A stretch of 64,000 bases of DNA, taken from NCBI GenBank assembly GCA_034189385.1, contig JAXHVD010000014.1, positions 32,001 through 96,000 on the forward strand, given 5' to 3'. The notes beneath the pieces were generated by a model. That model searched no databases. It was not told where the DNA came from and was given only the letters and a program-made list of their open reading frames with translations. Positions 43,129 to 52,749 of this stretch are shown here, piece after piece (within the stretch, counting starts at the first letter, position 1; every line of letters begins with the position of its first letter). Both the position numbers and the translations under genes were made by a program. This stretch comes from Thermodesulfobacteriota bacterium (GTDB lineage: Bacteria; Desulfobacterota; Desulfobacteria; Desulfobacterales; C00003060).

Positions 43129-45300
43129 ATGAGAAAATTTCAAGCGATGAAACGACTCTTGGTCTTGTCGGTGTTGCTGGGAACCGTGATGGCCATGGGA
43201 TGCGCTGAGAAGAAGGAAATCGTCAGACCTATTGGTTGGACCATGAAAAGTAGCGGGCCTGTGTCATCGGGCCAGTATCGTGGCCTTGCTCTCGCTGATT
43301 TAGACAACGACGGGAACACGGATGTCGTCGGGGGCTCTCTCCATCCTGGAACCATCACCGTATGGCATGGGGATGGCAAGGGAGGATGGTCCGATCCTAG
43401 TTTCATTCCCGTCAAAGGACAGATCCGCTCCGTGGCCACAGCAGATTTTAATGAAGATGGCCTTCAAGACATTGTCTACTCAGTCCAAGATGGAGCCTTT
43501 GGAGTGCGGGTAAAACTGAACCAGCCGAGTGGCATTTGGACAAGTGGCATCAGTGCCATTGAGAAGAGCCAATATGAGCGTCTAAAGACGGCAGACGTGA
43601 ATGGAGATGGCCACGTGGATATCATCGCGGCCAATTCAACCTCCGACATTGATGGAGGTATCCAGATTTGGTTGGGAGACGGAACAGGCCGGTGGACGTT
43701 GGAATCAGGCCCGGTAAACACAAACGTATACATAGACGTGGCACTGGCCGACTTCGACAGGGACGGGAATCTTGATGTGGTTGGGGCCGGCTGGGGCCCC
43801 TACGGCACCTTGCATGTCTGGCTTGGAGACGGCTACGGGGGATGGTCACCGATGTTGCCTTTGGAAAAGGGCAGCTACTACGGTCTGTCAGCCGGAGATC
43901 TGGACGGCGACGGAAACCTAGATATTCTGGCCGCTTCCTACCAACAAGGCATCCAGGTTTTTCTCGGGGACGGTGATGGAGACTTCGTGAAAGGCAAAAG
44001 CCCTGCAGAGGGGGGAAGCTTCTGGGAGGTTCTCATAGCCGACCTCGACGGCGATCACAAAATGGATCTGCTTGCCAGTTCTATTGACTCGAAAGGCATA
44101 CAGGCATGGAGTTCCAAAAATGTGCTGCAATGGAGGAAAGAAGAGAAGAAGGAAGATAGGGAGCCCTGGTCTCCTATAGAAGGTCGGTTTCCATCATCGG
44201 GCGTCTATTACGACATGGACGTCCTCGACCTTGACGGGGATGGTGTTCATGATGTGTGCGCAACCAGTTATGGTGAGGGGATCAAAGTGTGGCTAGGTAC
44301 CGGTGGTTTTTCTGAACAAAGGGCCCAGAAGCGACCCGCAGTCATGGAACCATCTCCCTTGACAGAGGTTGAGGAAAACAGTGCCTTTAAGACCATATCT
44401 GGCATGCCAGAGTATAAGCTGGGGCCAAGTGATCTTATTGAGATTACGGTCTGGAAGGGCATGGAGGCAAGAACAGAGGAGGTACTGGTCAAGCCTGACG
44501 GGAAGATATCGTTCGGATACGTGGACAAGCTTTATGTAAACGGCATGACCCAAAGTGAGTTGGAGCATTGCCTTGCCCAAAAGCTCAAACAATACATACG
44601 GGAGCCACGGGTGGACGTCAACATGAAGCGCTTTGCAAGCAAGTCGTTCAGTGTGTTAGGCGCCATTTCCACGGCAAGGCATGACCGAGGCCCCGGCGAC
44701 TACCGACTTACAGGCAGAGTCACTGTGTTGCAGGCCCTTGGAACAGCAGGTGGACCTACAAGAGATGCCAATCTCCGTGAGGTGAGTCTTCGTCGGAGAG
44801 ATGGTACAACGATGGTACTCAACCTGTACAAGGCCATTGTTCAGGGTGATAAGACGCAAGACATTGTGATTGATGATGCAGATATTGTGTTCGTCCCCAC
44901 CATGTCCAAGGAGAAATCACTCGTTTACGTCCTTGGAGAGGTTGAAAAACCGGGCGCCTATCCCTTCGAGCGGGAGATCACAGTCCTGGAGGCCATATCA
45001 AGGGCTGGGGGATTTACGACTTACGCAACACTTGAGAGCACCAAGATCATCAGAGGGGACATATCCAGGCCTGAGGTGCTCCCTGCCAATCTTCAAAGGT
45101 TATTCAAGAAGGCCGATCAAAGCCAAAACATCGTCCTTGCCAACAAAGATGTGGTCTATATTCCTAGGAGTTTCATCGGCGACGTGAACGAGTTCATTGA
45201 GAAAATCAGGCCCTCCTTGCGGGTTGTCCTCTGGCCGGGTGACTTCCGAGATGCCTATATGGACACGGATAGACTTCGTATCACAAACTATAACGACTAA
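43129..45300 (+). CDS. Lipoprotein: seven FG-GAP-like repeats fused to polysaccharide-export (Wza/OPX) and two SLBB domains
   Basis: Lipobox-like MAMGC; DLDNDGNTD, DFNEDGLQD, DVNGDGHVD, DFDRDGNLD, DLDGDGNLD, DLDGDHKMD, DLDGDGVHD; YKLGPSDLIEITVW..VKPDGKISF; VLGEVEKPGAY..EAISRAGG. Confidence 0.88.
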   Translation: MRKFQAMKRLLVLSVLLGTVMAMGCAEKKEIVRPIGWTMKSSGPVSSGQYRGLALADLDNDGNTDVVGGSLHPGTITVWHGDGKGGWSDPSFIPVKGQIRSVATADFNEDGLQDIVYSVQDGAFGVRVKLNQPSGIWTSGISAIEKSQYERLKTADVNGDGHVDIIAANSTSDIDGGIQIWLGDGTGRWTLESGPVNTNVYIDVALADFDRDGNLDVVGAGWGPYGTLHVWLGDGYGGWSPMLPLEKGSYYGLSAGDLDGDGNLDILAASYQQGIQVFLGDGDGDFVKGKSPAEGGSFWEVLIADLDGDHKMDLLASSIDSKGIQAWSSKNVLQWRKEEKKEDREPWSPIEGRFPSSGVYYDMDVLDLDGDGVHDVCATSYGEGIKVWLGTGGFSEQRAQKRPAVMEPSPLTEVEENSAFKTISGMPEYKLGPSDLIEITVWKGMEARTEEVLVKPDGKISFGYVDKLYVNGMTQSELEHCLAQKLKQYIREPRVDVNMKRFASKSFSVLGAISTARHDRGPGDYRLTGRVTVLQALGTAGGPTRDANLREVSLRRRDGTTMVLNLYKAIVQGDKTQDIVIDDADIVFVPTMSKEKSLVYVLGEVEKPGAYPFEREITVLEAISRAGGFTTYATLESTKIIRGDISRPEVLPANLQRLFKKADQSQNIVLANKDVVYIPRSFIGDVNEFIEKIRPSLRVVLWPGDFRDAYMDTDRLRITNYND

Positions 45301-45440
45301 CAGGCTGTTGAAAAACGTCACGAGCGCGGTCAAGACAAGGCAAAATCCGACGAAAAAGCGCAGTTTATGTGTAATAAATGAGCATTTTGAGGAGGATTTT
45401 AACGCCGTATTGTCAAGCGCAGTAGTTTTTCAACAGCCTG
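45301..45440. mobile_element. MITE family C (IS5-like), 140 bp
   Basis: Perfect 16-bp TIR CAGGCTGTTGAAAAAC / GTTTTTCAACAGCCTG with 4-bp direct repeat CTAA that includes the upstream stop codon. Confidence 0.92.
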
Positions 45441-45537
45441 CTAAGTGCTCTCATTGAAAGTGGTGGTAAAGCCAGACATGGCCTTTTCAACGCAGGGGCT
45501 GAGAGCGCAATGCCCCTGTGCTTTTGCCCATCTTTAA

Positions 45538-45770
45538 GAGAGCTTTGCATAACTCTTTCGAACGGTCGTTGTGAGCCCTGTAGTGCAAGGACGATTGTAC
45601 CAGCGAGTGACGCACAAAGCGCCAATACACCAAGATGGCGCCTCCCCGTCGTGCCTGATGGCACAACAGGGTAAACTTTTTGGGGCACCCATTCGGCTGC
45701 TGTGAGCGGTTCGCCGTGGCGAATCAAAAAGCTTATATGAACAAGCGAGAAGGGGTTCTGCAAAGGTCTT
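45538..45770. mobile_element. MITE family E, copy 2 (inverted)
   Basis: GAGAGCTTTGCATAAC / GTTCTGCAAAGGTCT ends; shares GGGGCACCCATTCGGCTGCTGTGAGCGG and TTTCGAACGGTC blocks with 15387-15631. Confidence 0.82.
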
Positions 45771-45798
45771 AAGACTCGCGCTTTTCAAGGCAAGTAAC

Positions 45799-47922
45799 AT
45801 GGCACCATACAATGCAGCTCTCAAAGATTGCTGGAGAGTCCTGAAAAAGAGGAGCACTGTCTTCTTTTGCGTGGTCTTGTTCATGGCCCTTTTTAGTTTT
45901 CTCTTCGCCAAGTTTCGGGCACCGGTTCCAAGATACCAGGCCACGGCGTCAGTGAAGATCGAAAAAGTAAGCAATGTGGCAAACCTCCTTACCGATATGC
46001 TCACCTGGGGCCCTGGGGGCGATGTCCGCACACAAACCCACATCATTACGAGCTTTCCTGTTTTTATTGAGAGCGCAAAGCACCTCAGATGGCTCCCGAA
46101 AGAGCTCTCTGCCGAGGCAGTCCGGAACTCAAAAAAATACCTATCTGTTGTAGATAGGTTGAGCGCCATGGTCGAAACTGAGGCAGAGCCGAACACCAGC
46201 ATCATCCACATTATGGCTACCTCTAAAGACCCAGAAGAGGCCGCCAGGATCGCAGACACGGTGGCAAGGGCCTACCGGAGTTTCAATATTCTGCAAAGAA
46301 ACAGACAGACCCTGGAAATGCGAGATTTCATAGAGAAACAGCTAAGCGCGACAGTAAGCCGACTGGAGACGGCCGAAAACGACCTGCGCTCTTTCAAAAA
46401 GAAACACGGGGTTATATCTTTGGATGCCCGCGCAGCCCAGATATTGAGTCAACTCAGTGCGGCGGAATCGGAACTTGAACAGGTAAAAGGAGAAGTAGGG
46501 AAAATCTCTTCTCAGCTTAAGGGTGTGGAAGGAAAAAAGGTCACGCCGAAGAGCCTTGCCCAGGCGGTCTTTTCGACAGACCCGAATGCACCCCTTCGTC
46601 AGCTGGGCCCGGCTCTGAACGATTTGATTTTGAAAAGAACGGCTTTACTTGTGGATTTTACGGAAGACCACCCCAAAGTCAAAGAGATAGACAGCAAAAT
46701 AGAGGGCCTATTGAATGAATTAAGGGCGCAGCTCACGTCGTACCTGAAGGCCTTGAAGCCTCGTGAACAGGACCTCCTTTCAAGGCTGGAACGGTTGCGA
46801 GAAGAAAGTCGTACGCTCCCTGACAACGCATTGCAGTTGACCAGGCTGGAAAGAGAAGTCAGGCTTTACGAAACGCTATGTGAGGAACTGAAGAGAAAGC
46901 ATCAGGAGGTTCTGATTCAGGAGTCGGGAAGAATCGAGGAGGTTACCATCGTGCGGCCAGCCATAGTTCCCAGGCGGCCGGTGAACATTGGTTCCAGTGC
47001 TACAACTGTGGCCACCGGCGTGATCATAGGAATCGTCTTGGGAATCGTCTTGGCCTTTGTCATCGAGACGCTGGACACCTCCATAGGCACCATTGAAGAC
47101 GTTGAGAGCCTCTTGCAGATTCCTGTTCTCGGCTTGATTCCCGCTGCAGAGATAGAAGGAAAGCGCAAGAGGGAAGACAAACTAGACAAGGGGCCTCCAA
47201 AGGAGAGCAGGGGCCTCATCACCCGCTTTGAACCCACGTCCATTGTAGCTGAATCATACCGATCACTGCGGACAAACCTTCAGTTCATGGATGTGGAAAG
47301 AGAAGGGAAATCCTTCCTTATCACGAGTGCTTCCCTTCAAGAAGGAAAAACCCTTAACGTGGTCAATCTGGCACTCACTATGGCCCAAGCTGGTGACAAG
47401 GTCCTTCTCATTGAAGGGGATCTAAAAAGACCCAAGATTGCCACCATGTTTGGCCTCCATGGGAGACCAGGTATAACAGACTATGTGCTCGGAAACTATG
47501 AATGGCAGGAGATTACCAATACGATAACAGATGTGATGCTGGGCGAGTTCGAAATAGAGGATATCCTGAAAACCCCGGGCCTGGATAACCTCAGTATCAT
47601 GACTGCAGGGACAAGACCGCCCAACCCCTCAAAGATCTTGAGTTCTTCACGATTCAACGAGTTCGTGAAGGAAGCCAGGACCAAGTACGACGTGGTTCTT
47701 CTTGACGCACCGCCTCTTCTCCCCTTCGCCGATGCCATAGAGATTGCAAAAAGAGCAGACGGCGTTATCCTCGTTTACGAAGTGGGAAAAAGATCCTTGG
47801 GGGCCCTCAAGCGTGCCAAGATGAGCCTGGACAATGCCAGTGCAAGGGTGTTGGGAGTCATCCTGAGCAACGTGAAGCCTGAAGCCTTTGCAGACATTGC
47901 TGATTACCATCGGCTACGATGA
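45799..47922 (+). CDS. Wzc/GumC-type polysaccharide co-polymerase with BY-kinase domain
   Basis: Two TMs around a coiled-coil, AESYRSLRTNL, SASLQEGKT, IEGDLKRP, LLDAPP; only one Tyr at the C-terminus. Confidence 0.92.
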   Translation: MAPYNAALKDCWRVLKKRSTVFFCVVLFMALFSFLFAKFRAPVPRYQATASVKIEKVSNVANLLTDMLTWGPGGDVRTQTHIITSFPVFIESAKHLRWLPKELSAEAVRNSKKYLSVVDRLSAMVETEAEPNTSIIHIMATSKDPEEAARIADTVARAYRSFNILQRNRQTLEMRDFIEKQLSATVSRLETAENDLRSFKKKHGVISLDARAAQILSQLSAAESELEQVKGEVGKISSQLKGVEGKKVTPKSLAQAVFSTDPNAPLRQLGPALNDLILKRTALLVDFTEDHPKVKEIDSKIEGLLNELRAQLTSYLKALKPREQDLLSRLERLREESRTLPDNALQLTRLEREVRLYETLCEELKRKHQEVLIQESGRIEEVTIVRPAIVPRRPVNIGSSATTVATGVIIGIVLGIVLAFVIETLDTSIGTIEDVESLLQIPVLGLIPAAEIEGKRKREDKLDKGPPKESRGLITRFEPTSIVAESYRSLRTNLQFMDVEREGKSFLITSASLQEGKTLNVVNLALTMAQAGDKVLLIEGDLKRPKIATMFGLHGRPGITDYVLGNYEWQEITNTITDVMLGEFEIEDILKTPGLDNLSIMTAGTRPPNPSKILSSSRFNEFVKEARTKYDVVLLDAPPLLPFADAIEIAKRADGVILVYEVGKRSLGALKRAKMSLDNASARVLGVILSNVKPEAFADIADYHRLR

Positions 47923-47979
47923 CGGCGAAGAGGAAGAGGGAAAAGGGGTTGGCTCCGTGAGCATTTGCGGGACAGGACA

Positions 47980-50148
47980 CTAGCTGCACTTTGAAAAGCC
48001 GCAGGAATGGCACACCTGACAGCCCCCTTCATGTTCCAGGACCCCTCCACAATCAGGGCAGGTGCCCATCATGTTCCGCATCTCTGTGGTGCCCATGTTA
48101 GTGTGGCTTTTGATGACTTGAGCAATGGCATCGGGACAGGAAAGGACCATTTTACCGTTTTGCCAGATCGGTGACGGGCAACGGATGCCCGTGAGCTGCT
48201 TTACGATAGGCTCCACTTTCACTCCGCTGCGCAAGGCTAGGGATATGAGACGGCCTGCAGCCTCGATCTGGGAAGAGGCACACCCCCCGGTCTTTCCCAT
48301 TTGCGCAAAGACCTCGCAAATCCCCTCATCGTCTTCGTTAATCGTCACATACAGTTTCCCGCATCCAGTCGTGATCCGCTCTGTCACCCCTGTGGTCCTC
48401 ACGGGCCGGGTCCGGGGAAGAATGGCTGCCGCCTTTTCCTTGTCTCTGCCAATATTGAGCACCTGACGGCCACGACTGCCATAACGGTAAATGGTGACCC
48501 CCTTGCAACCCATGTCATAGGCAAGCCTGTAAACCTTCTCAATATCTTCAAAGGTCGCATCTTGCGGGAAATTGACGGTCTTTGATACAGCATTGTCGGT
48601 GTGTTTTTGAAAAGCCGCCTGGATGCGGATGTGCCATTCAGGTGCGATGTCATGGGCCGTTACAAAGAGGCGCTTTATCTTGTCTGGGATTCCCTGGATA
48701 CCCTTGATGGAGCCTGTCTGGGCAATCTGCCGGACCAATTCTTCACTATAGAACCCCTCTTCTCTTGCCCTCTGCTCGAACAAGGGATGAATCTCGAAAA
48801 GGATTTCTCCGTCCAACACCTTGCGCTCATAAGCCACGGCAAAGATGGGCTCCACGCCACTTGAGCACCCCGCAATAATGCTAATCGTACCTGTAGGGGC
48901 GATGGTCGTTGTGGTGGCATTGCGCATATAGGGGGTCTTGGGATCATCAAATATACTTCCCTCATAGGTGGGAAAGTTTCCACGCTTCTTGGCCAAGGCA
49001 CCAGATGCCTTCCTGGCCTCTCTGAGGACAAAGCCCATGACTTGCTCGGCCCGGCGCACAGCCGCGTTCGAATTATAGGGGATCCCCATATGGACGAGCA
49101 TATCGGCAAATCCCATGACCCCCAGGCCGATTTTTCTGATCTTCTTGGTCATGGTTTCAATCTGGCGCAGGGGATGCTTGTTGACCTCGATGACATTATC
49201 AAGGAAGTGAACGGCCATCCGAACAGTCTGCCTCAGTTTGGCCCTGTCCAGTCTTCCTTCAGTCACCATCCTACTCAGATTAATGGAGCCCAAGTTACAC
49301 GATTCGTAAGGAAGAAGCGGTTGTTCACCACAAGGGTTGGTGGCCTCTATCTCGCCAAGATGGGGGGTAGGGTTGGCCCTGTTCATGTGGTCCAGAAAGA
49401 TAATCCCTGGTTCGCCACTTTGCCAGGCCGCCTGCACAATTTGGTCAAAGACCACCTTGGCTCCCACCCTTCTTGCGACCTTGCCGCTCCTGGGGTTTAT
49501 CAAGGCGTAGGTCTTGTGGGCACCCAGCGCCTCCATGAAAGAGGACGTGAGGGCAACAGAAATATTAAAGTTGTTGAGCCTGGACAGGTCGGTCTTGCTT
49601 TTGACGAAGGCCTCAATATCTGGATGGTCCACCCTGAGGATTCCCATGTTTGCCCCACGACGGGTGCCTCCCTGCTTGACCGTCTCAGTGGCCACGTCAA
49701 AGACGGTCATAAAGGACAACGGGCCGCTCGATATCCCCCTGGTGGACAACACCACATCATTTTCAGGCCGCACACGGGAAAAAGAAAAACCAGTCCCCCC
49801 CCCACTCTTATGAATGACTGCTGTATGTTTGAGCGTTTCAAATATACTGTCGATGGAATCTTCAACAGGAAGGACAAAACAGGCAGCCAATTGCCCAAGC
49901 CTGCGTCCTGCATTCATCAGGGTGGGAGAATTAGGCACAAAGTCCAAATTGGTCATCAAATGGTAGAAGTCTTCTTCAACCTGCTTGACATCGGCCTTGG
50001 GATCAAACTTGGCGTCAGCCGCTGCCACAGCTCGAGCTACCCGCCTGAAGAGGTCCTCCGGCGTCTCGGCGGGCCTTCCTCTCCCATCCTTGCGAAGATA
50101 CCGCCGTTCAAGGACTACCATGGCGTTTTTAGATAGAGATAATGACAT
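47980..50148 (-). CDS. nrdJ: Class II (B12-dependent) ribonucleotide reductase with TSCPD domain and C-terminal zinc ribbon
   Basis: [62 protein letters not shown]. Confidence 0.96.
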   Translation of the reverse strand: MSLSLSKNAMVVLERRYLRKDGRGRPAETPEDLFRRVARAVAAADAKFDPKADVKQVEEDFYHLMTNLDFVPNSPTLMNAGRRLGQLAACFVLPVEDSIDSIFETLKHTAVIHKSGGGTGFSFSRVRPENDVVLSTRGISSGPLSFMTVFDVATETVKQGGTRRGANMGILRVDHPDIEAFVKSKTDLSRLNNFNISVALTSSFMEALGAHKTYALINPRSGKVARRVGAKVVFDQIVQAAWQSGEPGIIFLDHMNRANPTPHLGEIEATNPCGEQPLLPYESCNLGSINLSRMVTEGRLDRAKLRQTVRMAVHFLDNVIEVNKHPLRQIETMTKKIRKIGLGVMGFADMLVHMGIPYNSNAAVRRAEQVMGFVLREARKASGALAKKRGNFPTYEGSIFDDPKTPYMRNATTTTIAPTGTISIIAGCSSGVEPIFAVAYERKVLDGEILFEIHPLFEQRAREEGFYSEELVRQIAQTGSIKGIQGIPDKIKRLFVTAHDIAPEWHIRIQAAFQKHTDNAVSKTVNFPQDATFEDIEKVYRLAYDMGCKGVTIYRYGSRGRQVLNIGRDKEKAAAILPRTRPVRTTGVTERITTGCGKLYVTINEDDEGICEVFAQMGKTGGCASSQIEAAGRLISLALRSGVKVEPIVKQLTGIRCPSPIWQNGKMVLSCPDAIAQVIKSHTNMGTTEMRNMMGTCPDCGGVLEHEGGCQVCHSCGFSKCS

Positions 50149-50174
50149 GATCGACTCATACCCTCAGTGGGCAG

Positions 50175-51083
50175 TTACTGGTTCCTATACGCTTCCGTTT
50201 CCTGCTTTAGAAACGTCACAAAGGCCCGGCACAAGGGTGACTCACTTCGATACTTGGCCATGATCAAATAAAAAGCCCTTTTAAAAGAAAGCCCCTTGAT
50301 CTCCAGTTTTTTGAGTGTGCCTGTAGCCAACTCCTCAGCAACAGCGCATTCAGAAAGGATGGAAATCCCCACCCCCGCCTTGATGGCCTGGCGAATCGCC
50401 TCCGTGCTCCCTACGGCCGCCACCACATTGATCTGACGAGGCCAATACCCTGATTGGTCCAATACTTCTTCGATGGACTTTCGCGTCCCAGAGCCTGGTT
50501 CACGGAGGACAAAAGGTTCGACGCCGAGTTCCTCTAACGTCACACGACCCCTGGCTGCCCACTTATGGTCACCGGGAACGATGAGGAACATCTGGTCATC
50601 CATGATCTTTTCTTGAACGAGCCGGCTTTCCCTGGTCTTGGCCCCCACCACGCCCAGCTCCACGGAGCCTTCCAGGGTTTCTTGAACAATCCTGGAAGTG
50701 TCCCCTTCTGTCAACGTCAAGGTTACTCCAGGGTAGGCCTCCTTGAACTTCCCTAACAAAGGCGGCAAGATATAGCCGCCCGGGATGGTGCTCCCCCCAA
50801 TAGCAAGATGCCCCCTCACCTTTCCCTGAAACTCAGCCATGACCTTTTCAGCATTATCCCTAAGGGCAATCATCTTCGTGGCATATCCATACAAGAGCTC
50901 TCCCGCCTTTGTAGGAGCAACCTCCCTGCCTAGGCGGTCTATCAGCTTGCACTCAAAATGATGCTCCAGGTCCTTGATGTGACTGCTTACCGTGGGTTGA
51001 GAAAGAAAGACCGCGCTGGCCGCCTTGGAAAAGCTCTTCAGCTCCACGACCTTGCAAAATATGTAAAGCCTCCATAAGTCCAT
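50175..51083 (-). CDS. LysR-family regulator (CysL / selenium-metabolism-associated type)
   Basis: SFSKAA..LSQPTVSSHIK HTH, GGSTIPGGY, REPGSGTR, STEAI. Confidence 0.92.
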   Translation of the reverse strand: MDLWRLYIFCKVVELKSFSKAASAVFLSQPTVSSHIKDLEHHFECKLIDRLGREVAPTKAGELLYGYATKMIALRDNAEKVMAEFQGKVRGHLAIGGSTIPGGYILPPLLGKFKEAYPGVTLTLTEGDTSRIVQETLEGSVELGVVGAKTRESRLVQEKIMDDQMFLIVPGDHKWAARGRVTLEELGVEPFVLREPGSGTRKSIEEVLDQSGYWPRQINVVAAVGSTEAIRQAIKAGVGISILSECAVAEELATGTLKKLEIKGLSFKRAFYLIMAKYRSESPLCRAFVTFLKQETEAYRNQ

Positions 51084-51270
51084 ATTAGCACTATAAAAGC
51101 CGGCTCAAGCACATGATCTCATGCGGCAAGCTTCTCCCATGCGGAGATCTTTGTATCACTCCTTGAACCCTCATGGTAAGCTTTCCGCAACCGCGTCCGT
51201 GCAAGTGAAGGGGCCATCGTACATGTCTCGATCTGCCGGAGAAGACCGTTGATCAAAGAGATGAGTGGTA

Positions 51271-51771
51271 TCATAGCCCCTTGCCTGCAGCAAACTTCGC
51301 CTTAAGTCTTTCAGAAACCACATCAGGAACCATCCCGGTGGTGTCTCCCCCGAATCGGGCAGCTTCTTTGATAATGGAGGAGCTGATGAAGATCCATCGC
51401 AAGCCTGTCATGAGAAAAACGGTTTGCACGTTCTTCTTCAGCTTTCGATTCATCAGGGCAAGTTGGAATTCATACTCAAAGTCTGACACAGCCCTAAGGC
51501 CCCTGAGGATGGCATCAGCCCCCCGCTCGGTCACATAATCCACCAGAAGCCCGTCAAAGCTATCGACCTGGACATTAGGCTCGTCCTTGAAAACCTCCGT
51601 CAACATCTCTACGCGCTCTTGTACTGTAAACAGCGGGGTTTTGCTCCCATTCGTAGCAATGGCCACAATGACGCTGTCAAACAGCTTTAACCCCCGGTAA
51701 ATGATGTCACAGTGGCCATTTGTGATGGGGTCAAAAGTCCCAGGATAAACGGCCGTCTTTCTTGTATGCAT
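51271..51771 (-). CDS. coaD: Phosphopantetheine adenylyltransferase
   Basis: YPGTFDPITNGH, RGLRAVSDFEYE, ISSS. Confidence 0.98.
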   Translation of the reverse strand: MHTRKTAVYPGTFDPITNGHCDIIYRGLKLFDSVIVAIATNGSKTPLFTVQERVEMLTEVFKDEPNVQVDSFDGLLVDYVTERGADAILRGLRAVSDFEYEFQLALMNRKLKKNVQTVFLMTGLRWIFISSSIIKEAARFGGDTTGMVPDVVSERLKAKFAAGKGL

Positions 51772-51883
51772 GCTATTTCACCTTCACGTCCACTTGTGCT
51801 TATGGCTTTTCTCCAATCCAGTTGGAGAAAAGGGTTGGGAGATGATCCAGTTTTTTTGAGTAACACCTCCGGCACAGCTCGTT

Positions 51884-52438
51884 TTATAACACAGATTCGA
51901 AAAAGGAGACAACGGTCTTCCCCTTTTGTCTATGGTCGATCCTCTCAAAGGGGCCGACCTTATCTGGCAGAGGCTCCCGGGTACTGTGTTCAACGACCAC
52001 GCAGGCCCCCTGGGCAACGCAGGTACTGCGCTCCAAGAGTTGCATCGTTCTTTCAGCGAATCCTTTATTATAGGGGGGATCCATGAAGACCAGATCAAAG
52101 GCCCGATCCAGGGCCCTCAAAAAGCCCAGTCCCCGAAGGATGTCCTGCCTCAAGACAGTGCTTTTGCCTTCCAATCCGCAGGTGGAGATGTTTTTGGCAA
52201 GACTCCTGATGGACTGGACTTGGCTATCAACAAATACGGCAGAGGCCGCGCCGCGGCTGAGGGCCTCTATTCCAAGACTGCCAGTGCCGGCAAATAGATC
52301 AAGGACCACCGCATCTTCCACACGATTCGCCACGATATTGAAGATGGACTCCCTCAAGTAATCCGTGGTGGGACGAATCTCCTGCCCCCGCAAGGGGTGG
52401 AGCCTCCTTTTTTTTAAAGTACCGCCAATAACCCTCAC
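51884..52438 (-). CDS. rsmD: 16S rRNA G966 N2-methyltransferase
   Basis: GTG start (M)RVIGG, RPTTD, DLFAGTGSLGIEALSRGA, DPPY. Confidence 0.95.
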   Translation of the reverse strand: MRVIGGTLKKRRLHPLRGQEIRPTTDYLRESIFNIVANRVEDAVVLDLFAGTGSLGIEALSRGAASAVFVDSQVQSIRSLAKNISTCGLEGKSTVLRQDILRGLGFLRALDRAFDLVFMDPPYNKGFAERTMQLLERSTCVAQGACVVVEHSTREPLPDKVGPFERIDHRQKGKTVVSFFESVL

Positions 52439-52489
52439 CAGTATCCACCACAATGCTAGTGCAGTGTCTCCACTGGCCTTACAATTTCC

Positions 52490-52578
52490 GTTATGTCGGA
52501 CTTGATCGGGCATCCAGTAATTGTGCTGGATTCCCCGGTCCCCAGATCAAATCCGGGGCAGGCAAGCCGGGGAATGGC
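52490..52578. repeat. REP-like palindromic doublet
   Basis: GTTATGTCGGACTTGATCGGGCATCCAG...CTGGATTCCCCGG...CCGGGGAATGGC downstream of ntrX. Confidence 0.6.
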
Positions 52579-52749
52579 CACTTTCCGCCTTTTCTTGTCA
52601 GGTTCATATTGTTGTCAAGAAATCGCAGAGAGACAACTAGCCACGCCCATTTCCCCACTCAGTTTGTCAAAAAACGCCTCAGAACAAGCGAAAAAGCATT
52701 TGGGCAACAGCCCCTTGATGCGACACCAAAAGGGCAAAGGCACCAGTGG

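Noticed and set aside
43290..44250. CRISPR or tandem DNA repeat in the GAC/GGC-rich stretch
   Set aside because: The periodicity comes from protein-level FG-GAP repeats; there are no identical DNA repeats with spacers.
47980..50148. Intein or intron in nrdJ
   Set aside because: Length and motif spacing are continuous; no splicing motifs seen.
50149..51270. Cobalamin riboswitch or NrdR boxes controlling nrdJ
   Set aside because: Only 26 bp separate lysR from nrdJ, and no B12-box or NrdR palindrome was recognisable there or upstream of lysR.
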